Below are positions 56,397-64,000 of a DNA stretch of 64,000 bases, in pieces. Under the pieces are notes generated by a model. The model ran no database searches. It saw nothing but the letters and a program-made list of their open reading frames with translations, and was not told the origin of the DNA. The position numbers were made by a program, and so were the translations under genes. The DNA is from Bacteroidota bacterium (GTDB lineage Bacteria; Bacteroidota; Bacteroidia; Bacteroidales; WCHB1-69). How positions within the stretch are numbered: position 1 is the first letter of the stretch; each line of letters begins with the position of its first letter. Location: assembly GCA_009786185.1 (NCBI GenBank), contig WQTS01000142.1, forward strand, positions 14,523 to 78,522, read 5' to 3'.

Positions 56397-57605
56397 TTAC
56401 ACGAAAAAACCGTCTTGCAGCGAAAGTAATGGCGACTTTGTACCTGTTACCGGTATATTGTATTTTTCAGCAAAATATTTAGGGTCTATGTCATAGCTGC
56501 CAAGTATCATTTGTTCAATTTGCAGTTGCTGTTCCGGTGTCCAGTCTACCGACTCATCCCAGTCAAAGCGCATGCCTTGCACGGGAAAGCCGTGCATTTC
56601 CATCAATGGCATGAGCTTCCAATTGATAACATCACGTATAAAATCGGCGTCTGCTTCAACTAAGTTTTTAAGAATTTCAAGGTGTGTTATTGATTGCGCC
56701 AGCGAACCACCATTGTCAGTGGTCATGGTTTGCAGTAGTACTCCTTTTGAAATCTCAGAGTTGGCGCGTTCAATGCGCTTGTCATAAACGTTGAAGGCAT
56801 CTCCACGCGTAGTTTCTTTTATTTCTATTTCAGTTCCTTCCGGAAGCACAGCCCAACCGGCTGCACCCATAAGTTGCATCATTTTTTCAATACTTGCCCT
56901 GTCTTGTGGGTCACGGCTGCCGGTTCTTGCCACACGGATAGGCATACCGAATATCTCGCCGAAGGCATCCCAGTAGGAAAGCATATTTTTTTTAGGAAGG
57001 CTTTGTGGCGCCACATTTAAAAGCAGCCCTAAGTCTTTTCTATTCCCCACGCCGATACACCATTTCGACAAATCACCGTGCAAATAGTTATATCCTTGTC
57101 GTAATGGGTCGTCGTAAATGTTCTCAATAATTACTCCAAATTCGGGAACTACGTGTTTTCTTGGCACCAATTCCACGCTTTCAAAGTGCATCGCACCATT
57201 TGTTGATATATCGTTAAACTGAATTAGTGAATACCCGAAATATATACTTTCGAGTGAGTGCTTTAAAAATTCTTTGAACCATGGACACTCAAAAAGTTCT
57301 GTTATTTCCGGATTCTCTTTTCCGTCTTTTTTAGAAACAATTTTAAACGATCTTTTTAAAACCATACCCGTTCGTTGACCAATACAACCCGTAAGGTGTA
57401 AGTCCACCATTACATCTGTGTAAACATCGTACAGGGCTACGCGATTGGGATTACCGGGTCTTGCTGCTGCCTGCCAAGCGTTGCGCCATGTTCTTATATC
57501 CTTTTTAGTTAAATTATCGGCGGACTGCTTTATTTCAACCAATAGTTTAGACTTGTCTTTTATTTGCTGTGTGCCTTTTGTTTGCTGCTTTGACATGTGA
57601 ATCAA
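56397..57605 (-). CDS. Portal protein (Mu gp29/DUF935-like)
   Basis: Its size and its position between the large terminase and MuF support this; I recognise the family only loosely. Confidence 0.6.
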   Translation of the reverse strand: MIHMSKQQTKGTQQIKDKSKLLVEIKQSADNLTKKDIRTWRNAWQAAARPGNPNRVALYDVYTDVMVDLHLTGCIGQRTGMVLKRSFKIVSKKDGKENPEITELFECPWFKEFLKHSLESIYFGYSLIQFNDISTNGAMHFESVELVPRKHVVPEFGVIIENIYDDPLRQGYNYLHGDLSKWCIGVGNRKDLGLLLNVAPQSLPKKNMLSYWDAFGEIFGMPIRVARTGSRDPQDRASIEKMMQLMGAAGWAVLPEGTEIEIKETTRGDAFNVYDKRIERANSEISKGVLLQTMTTDNGGSLAQSITHLEILKNLVEADADFIRDVINWKLMPLMEMHGFPVQGMRFDWDESVDWTPEQQLQIEQMILGSYDIDPKYFAEKYNIPVTGTKSPLLSLQDGFFV

Positions 57606-57611
57606 TTTAAA

Positions 57612-58028
57612 TTACCAATCGTATCTTTGCTGTGGCATGGAACCGTATTTAATTGGGGAAATATCATCGCCTTTGCCATCCTGAACTACCGGCAATGTTG
57701 GGGATATTAAACCGCGTGCCACTTTGTCCAACCATTCAATGGCGCGATCGTAACGGTCTTTTACTTTTTCGTAGATTATATCCACATTGGAAAGGCGTAT
57801 AATTTGCCACAATGTTACATCTTTTGTTATTTCCAATACAAGAGGGTTGCGCTTATTTTGTTCGGCAGAAAATGTTTTATTTACATCATAACGGCTGCAC
57901 AGGTATGATTTTACTTCTTCAATTGCGGCTTGTATTGCCATTTCTACAATAGTGTTATCATCTTCAACTATTTCGTCGAGCTGATATTCGTAAATTACGG
58001 ACTTTAATTCTTCTTGGCTTAAAAACAT
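57612..58028 (-). CDS. DUF1320 (Mu gp36-like) head-associated protein
   Basis: The size, helical character and context support this, with loose resemblance only. Confidence 0.4.
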   Translation of the reverse strand: MFLSQEELKSVIYEYQLDEIVEDDNTIVEMAIQAAIEEVKSYLCSRYDVNKTFSAEQNKRNPLVLEITKDVTLWQIIRLSNVDIIYEKVKDRYDRAIEWLDKVARGLISPTLPVVQDGKGDDISPIKYGSMPQQRYDW

Positions 58029-58045
58029 AATTTTAGCAATTAGTG

Positions 58046-58282
58046 TTAATACGTTTTGTATAGTGCACGCTTCTCAAGCATTTCAAGGCTACACTTCCAG
58101 TTTTTACGTTTAATTTCTTCTTTGAGTACCTTTCTGTATTTTACGATAGGCTTTCCATCAATCAGAAGTACTAATACTTTGTAGCCTGTAGTTTTTGCGT
58201 ATTTGTCAGCTTTTTTACATGCGCGCTTTACACGCCAATCATAAATACATGCTTTAATAAATTTAACCATATTACCATTCAC
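58046..58282 (-). CDS. Hypothetical small basic phage protein
   Basis: 78-aa ORF overlapping the large-terminase stop. Confidence 0.35.
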   Translation of the reverse strand: MNGNMVKFIKACIYDWRVKRACKKADKYAKTTGYKVLVLLIDGKPIVKYRKVLKEEIKRKNWKCSLEMLEKRALYKTY

Positions 58283-59792
58283 TTGTGGGTCTTGGGCGTG
58301 TGCCGATGACCGGTTTAAAAATTTCTAATCGTTTGCTTTTTTGAAGTATGTAAATGGCACCCTCGTCGGCATCGGGCGCATCGTCATGCGTTCGCGTTCC
58401 TTTTTCAAAGGATAGGGTTTGCTCCAATGCTGCCAGCATATCCGGGTCATTTTGCTTGTCTGCATTGTAGAACACAAAGCCACGCTCCCAAAGCGGACTT
58501 ATGGCTTCGATACGTTGGTATTTATCCGGCTTTTTGCGGTGATCTGCCCGGATAGGTAGCTGGTAGCTGCGCAGATTCCCCTCGTTGGTAAATTCATCAA
58601 GAATTATATCCTGCAGGAAATTTGCCTCAATATAGTAGTCGCAAATAACGCCGTTAAATTTTTCGTGCAAATCGTAAAACCACCGCACCATTTCAGTAAC
58701 GGAACACTGACGGCAAAAGGCATCAATGTTGTGCAGTTCCGTTCCGGTTTGCCCCCATACCTTGATTGCTTTGTAGTCGTTTTTAGTACTGCCTTTAAAA
58801 CTTGGGTCGCAGTAGGCAATAATGCGATCGTATTTCTGCAACGGCAATATTTTTTTCCACCGGATCCAGTTGTTGCGAAAAACGGCGCCTTCGGTAATGG
58901 GGTTATTCATCATTTCTTTTTGAAACGACCGGTAACCCATCATTAACTCCATCTCTTTGAGTTCCTCTGCGCTCCACTTTTCTTTCCACGCCGGCACACC
59001 GTTTCTGTCGAATGCATCTACCTGACTTACCTGTACGGCTTTTATGGCTGCAATTTTAGCCAGTACACTGTTTTTTGAGATAAGATTACCTACCATGATA
59101 AAACGACCCCGACCGCCATCGAGTGCGCCAAAGAGTGCTTCCTTTACCCAGTTAGAAAGTTTTGTAACACGAGCCTCGTTTTCGCAAAGCTCATCGTCGT
59201 CAAGGTCGTCTATCACGATGTAATCGGGACGGTTTGAGCGGTAGCGCAACCCACGTGGGGATTGACCGCGACCGCGTGCAAAAAACGCCACATCATCCTT
59301 TGTAACAAATTCGCCATCCTGCCAGTTCCCAAAATTGTACTGTTCGCCAAAGTCGGCAATGTACCGTTGATTAAATTGAAGTTCCGCTTGAATATCCGAA
59401 AGTAGCGTATTGGCGTTTGTTTCACTTTTTCCTACCAGTACCATTACACGGAGTTGCTTCATAGCCTTTAGCCACATCGGAATAAATATGTCGAAGTGTG
59501 TACTTTTGGCGTGTCCGCGCGCCCATTTAAAAACGCCTTTCATGTTTTTATTTTTCAACACCATATTTGCCGCATCAATATGAAATTTGGCACAGGGTGT
59601 AATTTTACCGGTGTCTTTATTGGTTACATAATGCGGGAAGTAATACAATACGAAATCGTTGTAGTTAGCCAACAGGCGACTTATCCGCGCTTTTTTTACT
59701 GCCGGTGTTTCGTTGGGCAATGCCGTAGTTTGATTTTGTACGGTCTCACACCACTGTCTCCACTCATCATAATTGCGCGGTTTTTTCTCCAT
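58272..59792 (-). CDS. Terminase large subunit
   Basis: ATPase region with a Walker B-like YIVIDDLDDDE. The C-terminal nuclease region ends HDDAPDA. Confidence 0.8.
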   Translation of the reverse strand: MEKKPRNYDEWRQWCETVQNQTTALPNETPAVKKARISRLLANYNDFVLYYFPHYVTNKDTGKITPCAKFHIDAANMVLKNKNMKGVFKWARGHAKSTHFDIFIPMWLKAMKQLRVMVLVGKSETNANTLLSDIQAELQFNQRYIADFGEQYNFGNWQDGEFVTKDDVAFFARGRGQSPRGLRYRSNRPDYIVIDDLDDDELCENEARVTKLSNWVKEALFGALDGGRGRFIMVGNLISKNSVLAKIAAIKAVQVSQVDAFDRNGVPAWKEKWSAEELKEMELMMGYRSFQKEMMNNPITEGAVFRNNWIRWKKILPLQKYDRIIAYCDPSFKGSTKNDYKAIKVWGQTGTELHNIDAFCRQCSVTEMVRWFYDLHEKFNGVICDYYIEANFLQDIILDEFTNEGNLRSYQLPIRADHRKKPDKYQRIEAISPLWERGFVFYNADKQNDPDMLAALEQTLSFEKGTRTHDDAPDADEGAIYILQKSKRLEIFKPVIGTRPRPTSEW

Positions 59793-59793
59793 A

Positions 59794-60267
59794 TCAGTGC
59801 TTGATTTTTTTAGTTATGATTTCAGAGATATAGAGGTCTTGGTACTTGTTTATGGCTTTTAGGAGATCGGGTGTAACTTCTTCATCAAAAGTTGACCTGT
59901 ATTGCAACCACCTGGCAAATGCCATAAACACCTCAATGGCATCTACCACAGAGGCTTTTTTATCCAATTTTTCAATGGTGGTAGAAAGTTTGGAAAGTTT
60001 ATCGCCCAGTCCGGCTATCAAATTCGGGTCTTTCGACTCACTTACCTGTTCAATAAGTGTGTTGATGGTCAATAGTAGCTTGTTTACCAACTCCGGACGT
60101 GTAATATTCTGTGCCGCTCGCTTTTTTCCCCAATCTCCCTGCTCTGCCCACTTACCGAGTGTTTGTGCTGAAACACCCACTTTTTCGGCTATATTCTTTT
60201 GAGAATCACCATTCATATAATACATGCGGGCCAGCTCTTTTTTTTGGTTCAATTCCAATCTTGTCAT
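59794..60267 (-). CDS. Terminase small subunit / DNA-binding packaging protein
   Basis: N-terminal HTH (KNIAEKVGVSAQTLGKWAEQG), immediately upstream of the large terminase. Confidence 0.6.
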   Translation of the reverse strand: MTRLELNQKKELARMYYMNGDSQKNIAEKVGVSAQTLGKWAEQGDWGKKRAAQNITRPELVNKLLLTINTLIEQVSESKDPNLIAGLGDKLSKLSTTIEKLDKKASVVDAIEVFMAFARWLQYRSTFDEEVTPDLLKAINKYQDLYISEIITKKIKH

Positions 60268-60293
60268 GCCAATTGCGATAAATTTTCGGCAAA

Positions 60294-60362
60294 GGTAAGC
60301 GTAAAATACGCTTACCTATAAAGCAATGGTAAAGGCTTTCCCAAAGATAGGAAAGCCTTTAC
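60294..60362. promoter_or_regulatory. Two perfect hairpins in the divergent late-gene intergenic region
   Basis: GGTAAGCG-TAAAATA-CGCTTACC (60294-60316) and GTAAAGGCTTTCC-CAAAGATA-GGAAAGCCTTTAC (60329-60362). They lie between the start of the small terminase gene (60267, minus strand) and the protease gene (60455, plus strand). Confidence 0.5.
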
Positions 60363-60454
60363 TAATAAAAAGATATGTAGCAAAATTCAATCTATTTTCG
60401 CATTCCAAAAGTGTATGAGAGCACAAAAAAACAATCAAATTTAAAAGTTATGTA

Positions 60455-61450
60455 ATGCCAAAACAAAGCCCAAAAAAAACATTTGTATTAAGCGACGAGA
60501 GTGTGAATTCTTACGGCTTTCGTGTGCTAACTGCTGGAATTGACTTGGAGCGGTTCCTAAAAAATCCTGTAATGCTTTGGAACCACACGCGTGCTTGGAG
60601 AGATACTGAAGATACCATCCTTCCAATTGGGCGCTGGGAAAACTTGCGTGTGGAAGATGGAAAATTATTAGGTGATACCTGTTTTGATATGGACGATCCG
60701 TTTGCGGCAAAAATTGCCAATAAGGTTGAAAAAGGATTTATTAAAGCCAGTTCCGTTGGTATCGAAAAAATAGCGTTAAGCGATGCGCCGGAATATTTGT
60801 TGCCCGGACAAACGCGCATGACGGTAACGCGAAGTTTGTTATTGGAGGCTTCATTAACAGATATTCCCTCAAATGCTAACGCAGTATCGCTTTACGATGA
60901 TAAGGGAAATATAATTGAATTAAATGCCGATGGCGAATGCCTTATCGGATTATTAAATAGTAATAACCAAAATCAAAATGAAAAAAACATGAAATTTATT
61001 GCATTAAAACTGGGCTTGAGCGAAAACGCTACCGAAGCCGAAATTTTGGCAAAAGTGCAGGAACTTTTAGCGTTACAAGCAAAATTGGATGAAAAAGACA
61101 ATGAGATTGCAACATTAAAAACAGCTGCATTGGATGCCGAAAAGAAAACCATTACAAAGATGGTAGATGATGCCGTTGTGGCAGGAAAACTAAGCGCAGA
61201 CCAAAAAGCGCATTTTATTACCATTGGTGAAAAAATGGGTGTTGAGTCATTACAAGCCACACTTTCTTCAATGAACAGTGTTGTGAAACCAACCGACGTA
61301 CTCGCAGGAGGGCGCAGCGCACCCGTTAGCACAGACAAAAAATGGGGGGATTTATCCGATGAAGAGCGCATAGCATTGCGTGATAACGATAAGGAGACCT
61401 ATATAGCTCTCTATAAAAAAGAGTATGGCCTTACGCCGGAAATTGTCTGA
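60455..61450 (+). CDS. Prohead serine protease (HK97/S78-like) fused to a coiled-coil scaffold region
   Basis: NPVMLWNH (His) and IKASSVGI (Ser) in the N-terminal half. The C-terminal half is Ala/Lys/Glu-rich coiled coil. Confidence 0.65.
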   Translation: MPKQSPKKTFVLSDESVNSYGFRVLTAGIDLERFLKNPVMLWNHTRAWRDTEDTILPIGRWENLRVEDGKLLGDTCFDMDDPFAAKIANKVEKGFIKASSVGIEKIALSDAPEYLLPGQTRMTVTRSLLLEASLTDIPSNANAVSLYDDKGNIIELNADGECLIGLLNSNNQNQNEKNMKFIALKLGLSENATEAEILAKVQELLALQAKLDEKDNEIATLKTAALDAEKKTITKMVDDAVVAGKLSADQKAHFITIGEKMGVESLQATLSSMNSVVKPTDVLAGGRSAPVSTDKKWGDLSDEERIALRDNDKETYIALYKKEYGLTPEIV

Positions 61451-61514
61451 AGATGATTTTCATAATTAATATGATTAACAAGATTAGTAATTAAAAACTT
61501 AAAATTTACAAAAG

Positions 61515-62561
61515 ATGAAAAAACTGATGTTTATTTCCGCAATTTTATTAAATTGCTTTATGGGGGGTCTTCTTGCCTCCACTATTGAGGTGGCGCCACT
61601 TTACGGCGCAATTGGCTTAAATGTTATTGCCATGACTGCCGGAAACTGTATCCCTGCGGGTGCGCTTGGCGCCGGTATCTATAAGGAAGTTTGGACGGGG
61701 GAAATGATAAAGGCATTCAGGAACGCAGCCGAATCGTTAGGATGGTATGGTAAAATTAGAAGTTATGATGACAAGGTGGACAACGAGGTGATTCACTTTG
61801 TGCAAATTGGCGGCGACCCTCAAGTGCTTGTTAACAACACATCTTATCCTATACCAATAGTAGCATTGCCTGATGCTGACAAGCCTATATCATTAGATAA
61901 ATATCAAACAGAGGTAACGCCTGTAACGGATGACGAACTGTACGCTATTTCTTATGATAAAATGTCAAGTGTGATTGAAAGGCACCATGAGCAGATGGCG
62001 GAAACAAAATACTCCAGGGCACTTCACGCATTGGCGCCCGCGTATCACTCTACCGCTACGCCTGTAATTTTAACATCCGGAGCGAATGACGGAAGTGGCA
62101 GGGCAACGATGACCAGAAAAGATATTATTGCGATGAAAAAAGCATTTGATAAAATGAAAGTGCCGACAGTCGGGCGTGTTTTGGTATTGTGTCCTGATCA
62201 TGTAAATGATTTGTTGGAAAATGACCAAAAGTTTGCAACACAGTATTACAATTATGTGACCGGAAAAATATCCAACCTGTATAGTTTTGAAGTTTATGAA
62301 TATGTAGATTGTCCCCATTTTACAGCATCTACACAAACTAAAAAAGCATGGGGAAGCGTACCGGGTGCGGGCGATTACCAGGCATCGGTAGCTTTCCATG
62401 TAAAAAGAGCTATGAGAGCGGATGGAACTACAAAACCGTATTTCAGCGAGGCGGCTTCCGATCCGCAAAACCAACAAAACTTGCTGAACTTCCGCCACTA
62501 CTCTATTTGCCTGCCGCTTAAAATGGAGGCATTAGGGGCAATAGTGTCGAAAGCAGCTTAG
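61515..62561 (+). CDS. Putative major capsid protein
   Basis: It directly follows the protease/scaffold gene and is 348 aa. I have no confident family recognition, and the N-terminal 20 aa are unusually hydrophobic, so the start is uncertain. Confidence 0.5.
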   Translation: MKKLMFISAILLNCFMGGLLASTIEVAPLYGAIGLNVIAMTAGNCIPAGALGAGIYKEVWTGEMIKAFRNAAESLGWYGKIRSYDDKVDNEVIHFVQIGGDPQVLVNNTSYPIPIVALPDADKPISLDKYQTEVTPVTDDELYAISYDKMSSVIERHHEQMAETKYSRALHALAPAYHSTATPVILTSGANDGSGRATMTRKDIIAMKKAFDKMKVPTVGRVLVLCPDHVNDLLENDQKFATQYYNYVTGKISNLYSFEVYEYVDCPHFTASTQTKKAWGSVPGAGDYQASVAFHVKRAMRADGTTKPYFSEAASDPQNQQNLLNFRHYSICLPLKMEALGAIVSKAA

Positions 62562-62595
62562 ATTAATTACGAATTAAAAATTAAAAATTACGAAT

Positions 62596-63051
62596 ATGGC
62601 AAAGAAAGTATTAACGCCTGAAGAAAAGGCGGCAAAAGCTGAACAGGCAGCTAAAAAAGCTGCTGAAAAAGAAGCCAAAGCGGAGGCTAAAGCCAAAGCG
62701 GAACAAGAGGCAAAAGAAAAGGCAGAAACCGAAGCAGCTGCTCAAGGAAACACGGAACCAAAAGCCGATGAAACTACCAACGACAATGCCGGTGACACCG
62801 GCGGCGGCGACACAAACCCAACGGAAAATAAACCCGATGAAAAACCCGATGGCAAAAATGATGGAAAAGGGAAGCAAAAGGAGAATAATGGGGAGTCTTC
62901 CGGTATGAACGAAAAGCTAAAAAAAGCCTTTGAGGAGTTCCCCACTGCCGACCGGCTGTATCATGATGGCGAAGAGCTATTTTTTCAGCAAGTCAAAGCA
63001 GGAATGACTATTGTTAAAAGAATTGACTTCTTAGGTAAATCAACCCAATAA
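62596..63051 (+). CDS. Low-complexity Lys/Ala/Glu-rich head-associated protein
   Basis: An AKAEAKAKAEQEAKEKAE tract, a Gly/Asp/Asn-rich linker and a small folded C-terminus. It lies just after the capsid gene. Confidence 0.45.
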   Translation: MAKKVLTPEEKAAKAEQAAKKAAEKEAKAEAKAKAEQEAKEKAETEAAAQGNTEPKADETTNDNAGDTGGGDTNPTENKPDEKPDGKNDGKGKQKENNGESSGMNEKLKKAFEEFPTADRLYHDGEELFFQQVKAGMTIVKRIDFLGKSTQ

Positions 63052-63062
63052 AAAGAAAAACG

Positions 63063-64000
63063 ATGTCATTAAACAACATTACAATAATTCGCCAAAATGG
63101 GGGCGTGCCTGCCACGCTCCCCGGCGAAGATCACTACAGCGGATTGTTGGTATATTTGGCTGCTGCCGATATGCCGCAAGCCGATGCCGGTGTTACCGGG
63201 TTTGGCGAAACAAACCGCATTGTTCAAATCTCTACGATTGAATACGCGGAAAGTTTGGGTATTAAACCCGATTCTGAAAAGTGGATTTTAAAAGCGTTGC
63301 ACTACCATTTAAGCGAGGCTTTTAGAATCAATCCTGCCATCATGCTTTGGGTGGGTTTGTTTGACAAACCGACCGGCAATTATGATTTTGTTGAAATAAA
63401 ACAAATGCAAAACTATGCGGAGGGTAAAATTCGGCAAATTGGCGTTTACGCTCCCGAAAACCTTTTAAAAGCAGATGATTTAACTACTTTGCAAGGTAAT
63501 GCCACAAATTTGGAAGCTAATGATATGCCGCTTTCATGTTTGTATTGTGCCAAAGTTGGCAACATTGCCATCCTGCAATCTATGGCAGGCATTGGGCAGA
63601 AGAATGTATCAGTTCTCATTGGTCAAGCCGGCAGCGGGGTTGCTAAAGACTTGTTTGATGCAGGCAATGGAAAATGTGTGGGTATTGTCGGAAACGCTTT
63701 GGGTATGCTTTCAAAAATGGCGGTACATGAATCTATTGCGTGGGTAGCAAAATGTCCTACCGGTGTTAACCTTCCGGCATTTGCGGACGGAACTCTGTTA
63801 AAAAGCATTGATATTGGTATTGTGAACACGTTAAATGATAAACGTTTTATTTTCCTTAGAACCTTTGGAGGTTTACAGGGGTCGTTTTACAACGATTCTC
63901 ACACAATGGATGAGCAAACAAGCGACTACAATGCCATTGAGCGCGTGCGTACAATGGATAAAGCGTGTCGCGGTGCTCGAACACATTTGTTGCCTCATTT
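63063..64000 (+). CDS. Phage structural protein, possibly tail-sheath-like (DUF2586-like); 3' end beyond the window
   Basis: Not in the track because it is open to the window edge. My translation from the ATG at 63063 (MSLNNITIIRQNGGVPATLPGEDHYSGLLVY...) is open through 64000. The family guess is from memory only. Confidence 0.4.
   Translation, partial: MSLNNITIIRQNGGVPATLPGEDHYSGLLVYLAAADMPQADAGVTGFGETNRIVQISTIEYAESLGIKPDSEKWILKALHYHLSEAFRINPAIMLWVGLFDKPTGNYDFVEIKQMQNYAEGKIRQIGVYAPENLLKADDLTTLQGNATNLEANDMPLSCLYCAKVGNIAILQSMAGIGQKNVSVLIGQAGSGVAKDLFDAGNGKCVGIVGNALGMLSKMAVHESIAWVAKCPTGVNLPAFADGTLLKSIDIGIVNTLNDKRFIFLRTFGGLQGSFYNDSHTMDEQTSDYNAIERVRTMDKACRGARTHLLPH

Larger units (their letters stand above)
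41240..64000. mobile_element. Mu-like transposable prophage (left end and most of the genome; right end lies beyond the window)
   Basis: The gene set and order are: leftward S24 repressor, Ner-like, DDE transposase, MuB-like ATPase, Gam, GemA-like, then MuF, DUF935 portal, DUF1320, large terminase, prohead protease and capsid. The left boundary is approximate, inferred from repeated motifs at 41243-41427. Confidence 0.75.

Noticed and set aside
55304-56429. Several plus-strand ORFs of 60-130 aa within the MuF-like and portal region.
   Set aside because: All are antisense to genes with clear family motifs (the MuF signature RVREEHAALNG...NCRC) and show no motifs of their own.
54154-60267. The inverted packaging block could be a Gin/Hin-type invertible segment.
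   Set aside because: The two boundaries do not share an inverted repeat: the left one is an ordinary terminator hairpin and the right one has two unrelated palindromes. No invertase gene is present in the window.
62611-62945. Two minus-strand ORFs (88 and 67 aa) opposite the Lys/Ala/Glu-rich gene.
   Set aside because: They are low-complexity antisense translations (Phe/Ser/Cys-rich) of a GAA/GCA-rich repeat region. The plus-strand ORF fits the phage operon.

Overview
The window is a Bacteroidota chromosomal segment with three parts, assigned from motifs I recognise by eye with no database search. (1) Positions 1-35.8 kb hold ordinary housekeeping genes: a UvrD-type helicase, T9SS cargo proteins, purC/purE, an S46 dipeptidyl-peptidase, xseA, an rluF-like gene, mnmG, ybeY, queD, a LytS/LytTR pair, lpxH, queA, a purine nucleoside phosphorylase, leuS, a secreted caspase-like protease, ftsQ-ftsA-ftsZ, a gldB-like gene and ssb. 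Short palindromic repeat families are scattered through this part, and two of them sit in frame inside genes (leuS and the DUF262 gene). (2) Positions 35.9-41.2 kb form a small accessory island. It carries an EcoRI-family adenine methyltransferase translationally coupled to a DUF262(ParB-like)-HNH nuclease, followed by a strikingly AT-rich four-gene operon led by a ParA/MinD-type ATPase with three unrecognisable partners. (3) From about 41.2 kb to the window end lies a Mu-like transposable prophage with an S24 repressor, a Ner-like protein, a DDE transposase, a MuB-like ATPase, Gam, a GemA-like protein, MuF, a DUF935 portal and a large terminase. Its early region contains a complete diversity-generating retroelement (DGR). 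This comprises a template repeat at 49858-49936, a reverse transcriptase at 50045-51022, and two variable repeats in two tandem paralogous small genes. All 18 TR/VR differences fall on template adenines. The targets look atypical (small, no signal peptide, early-region location, no recognisable Avd), and this is the most interesting signal in the window. No rRNA, complete tRNA or CRISPR array was seen.
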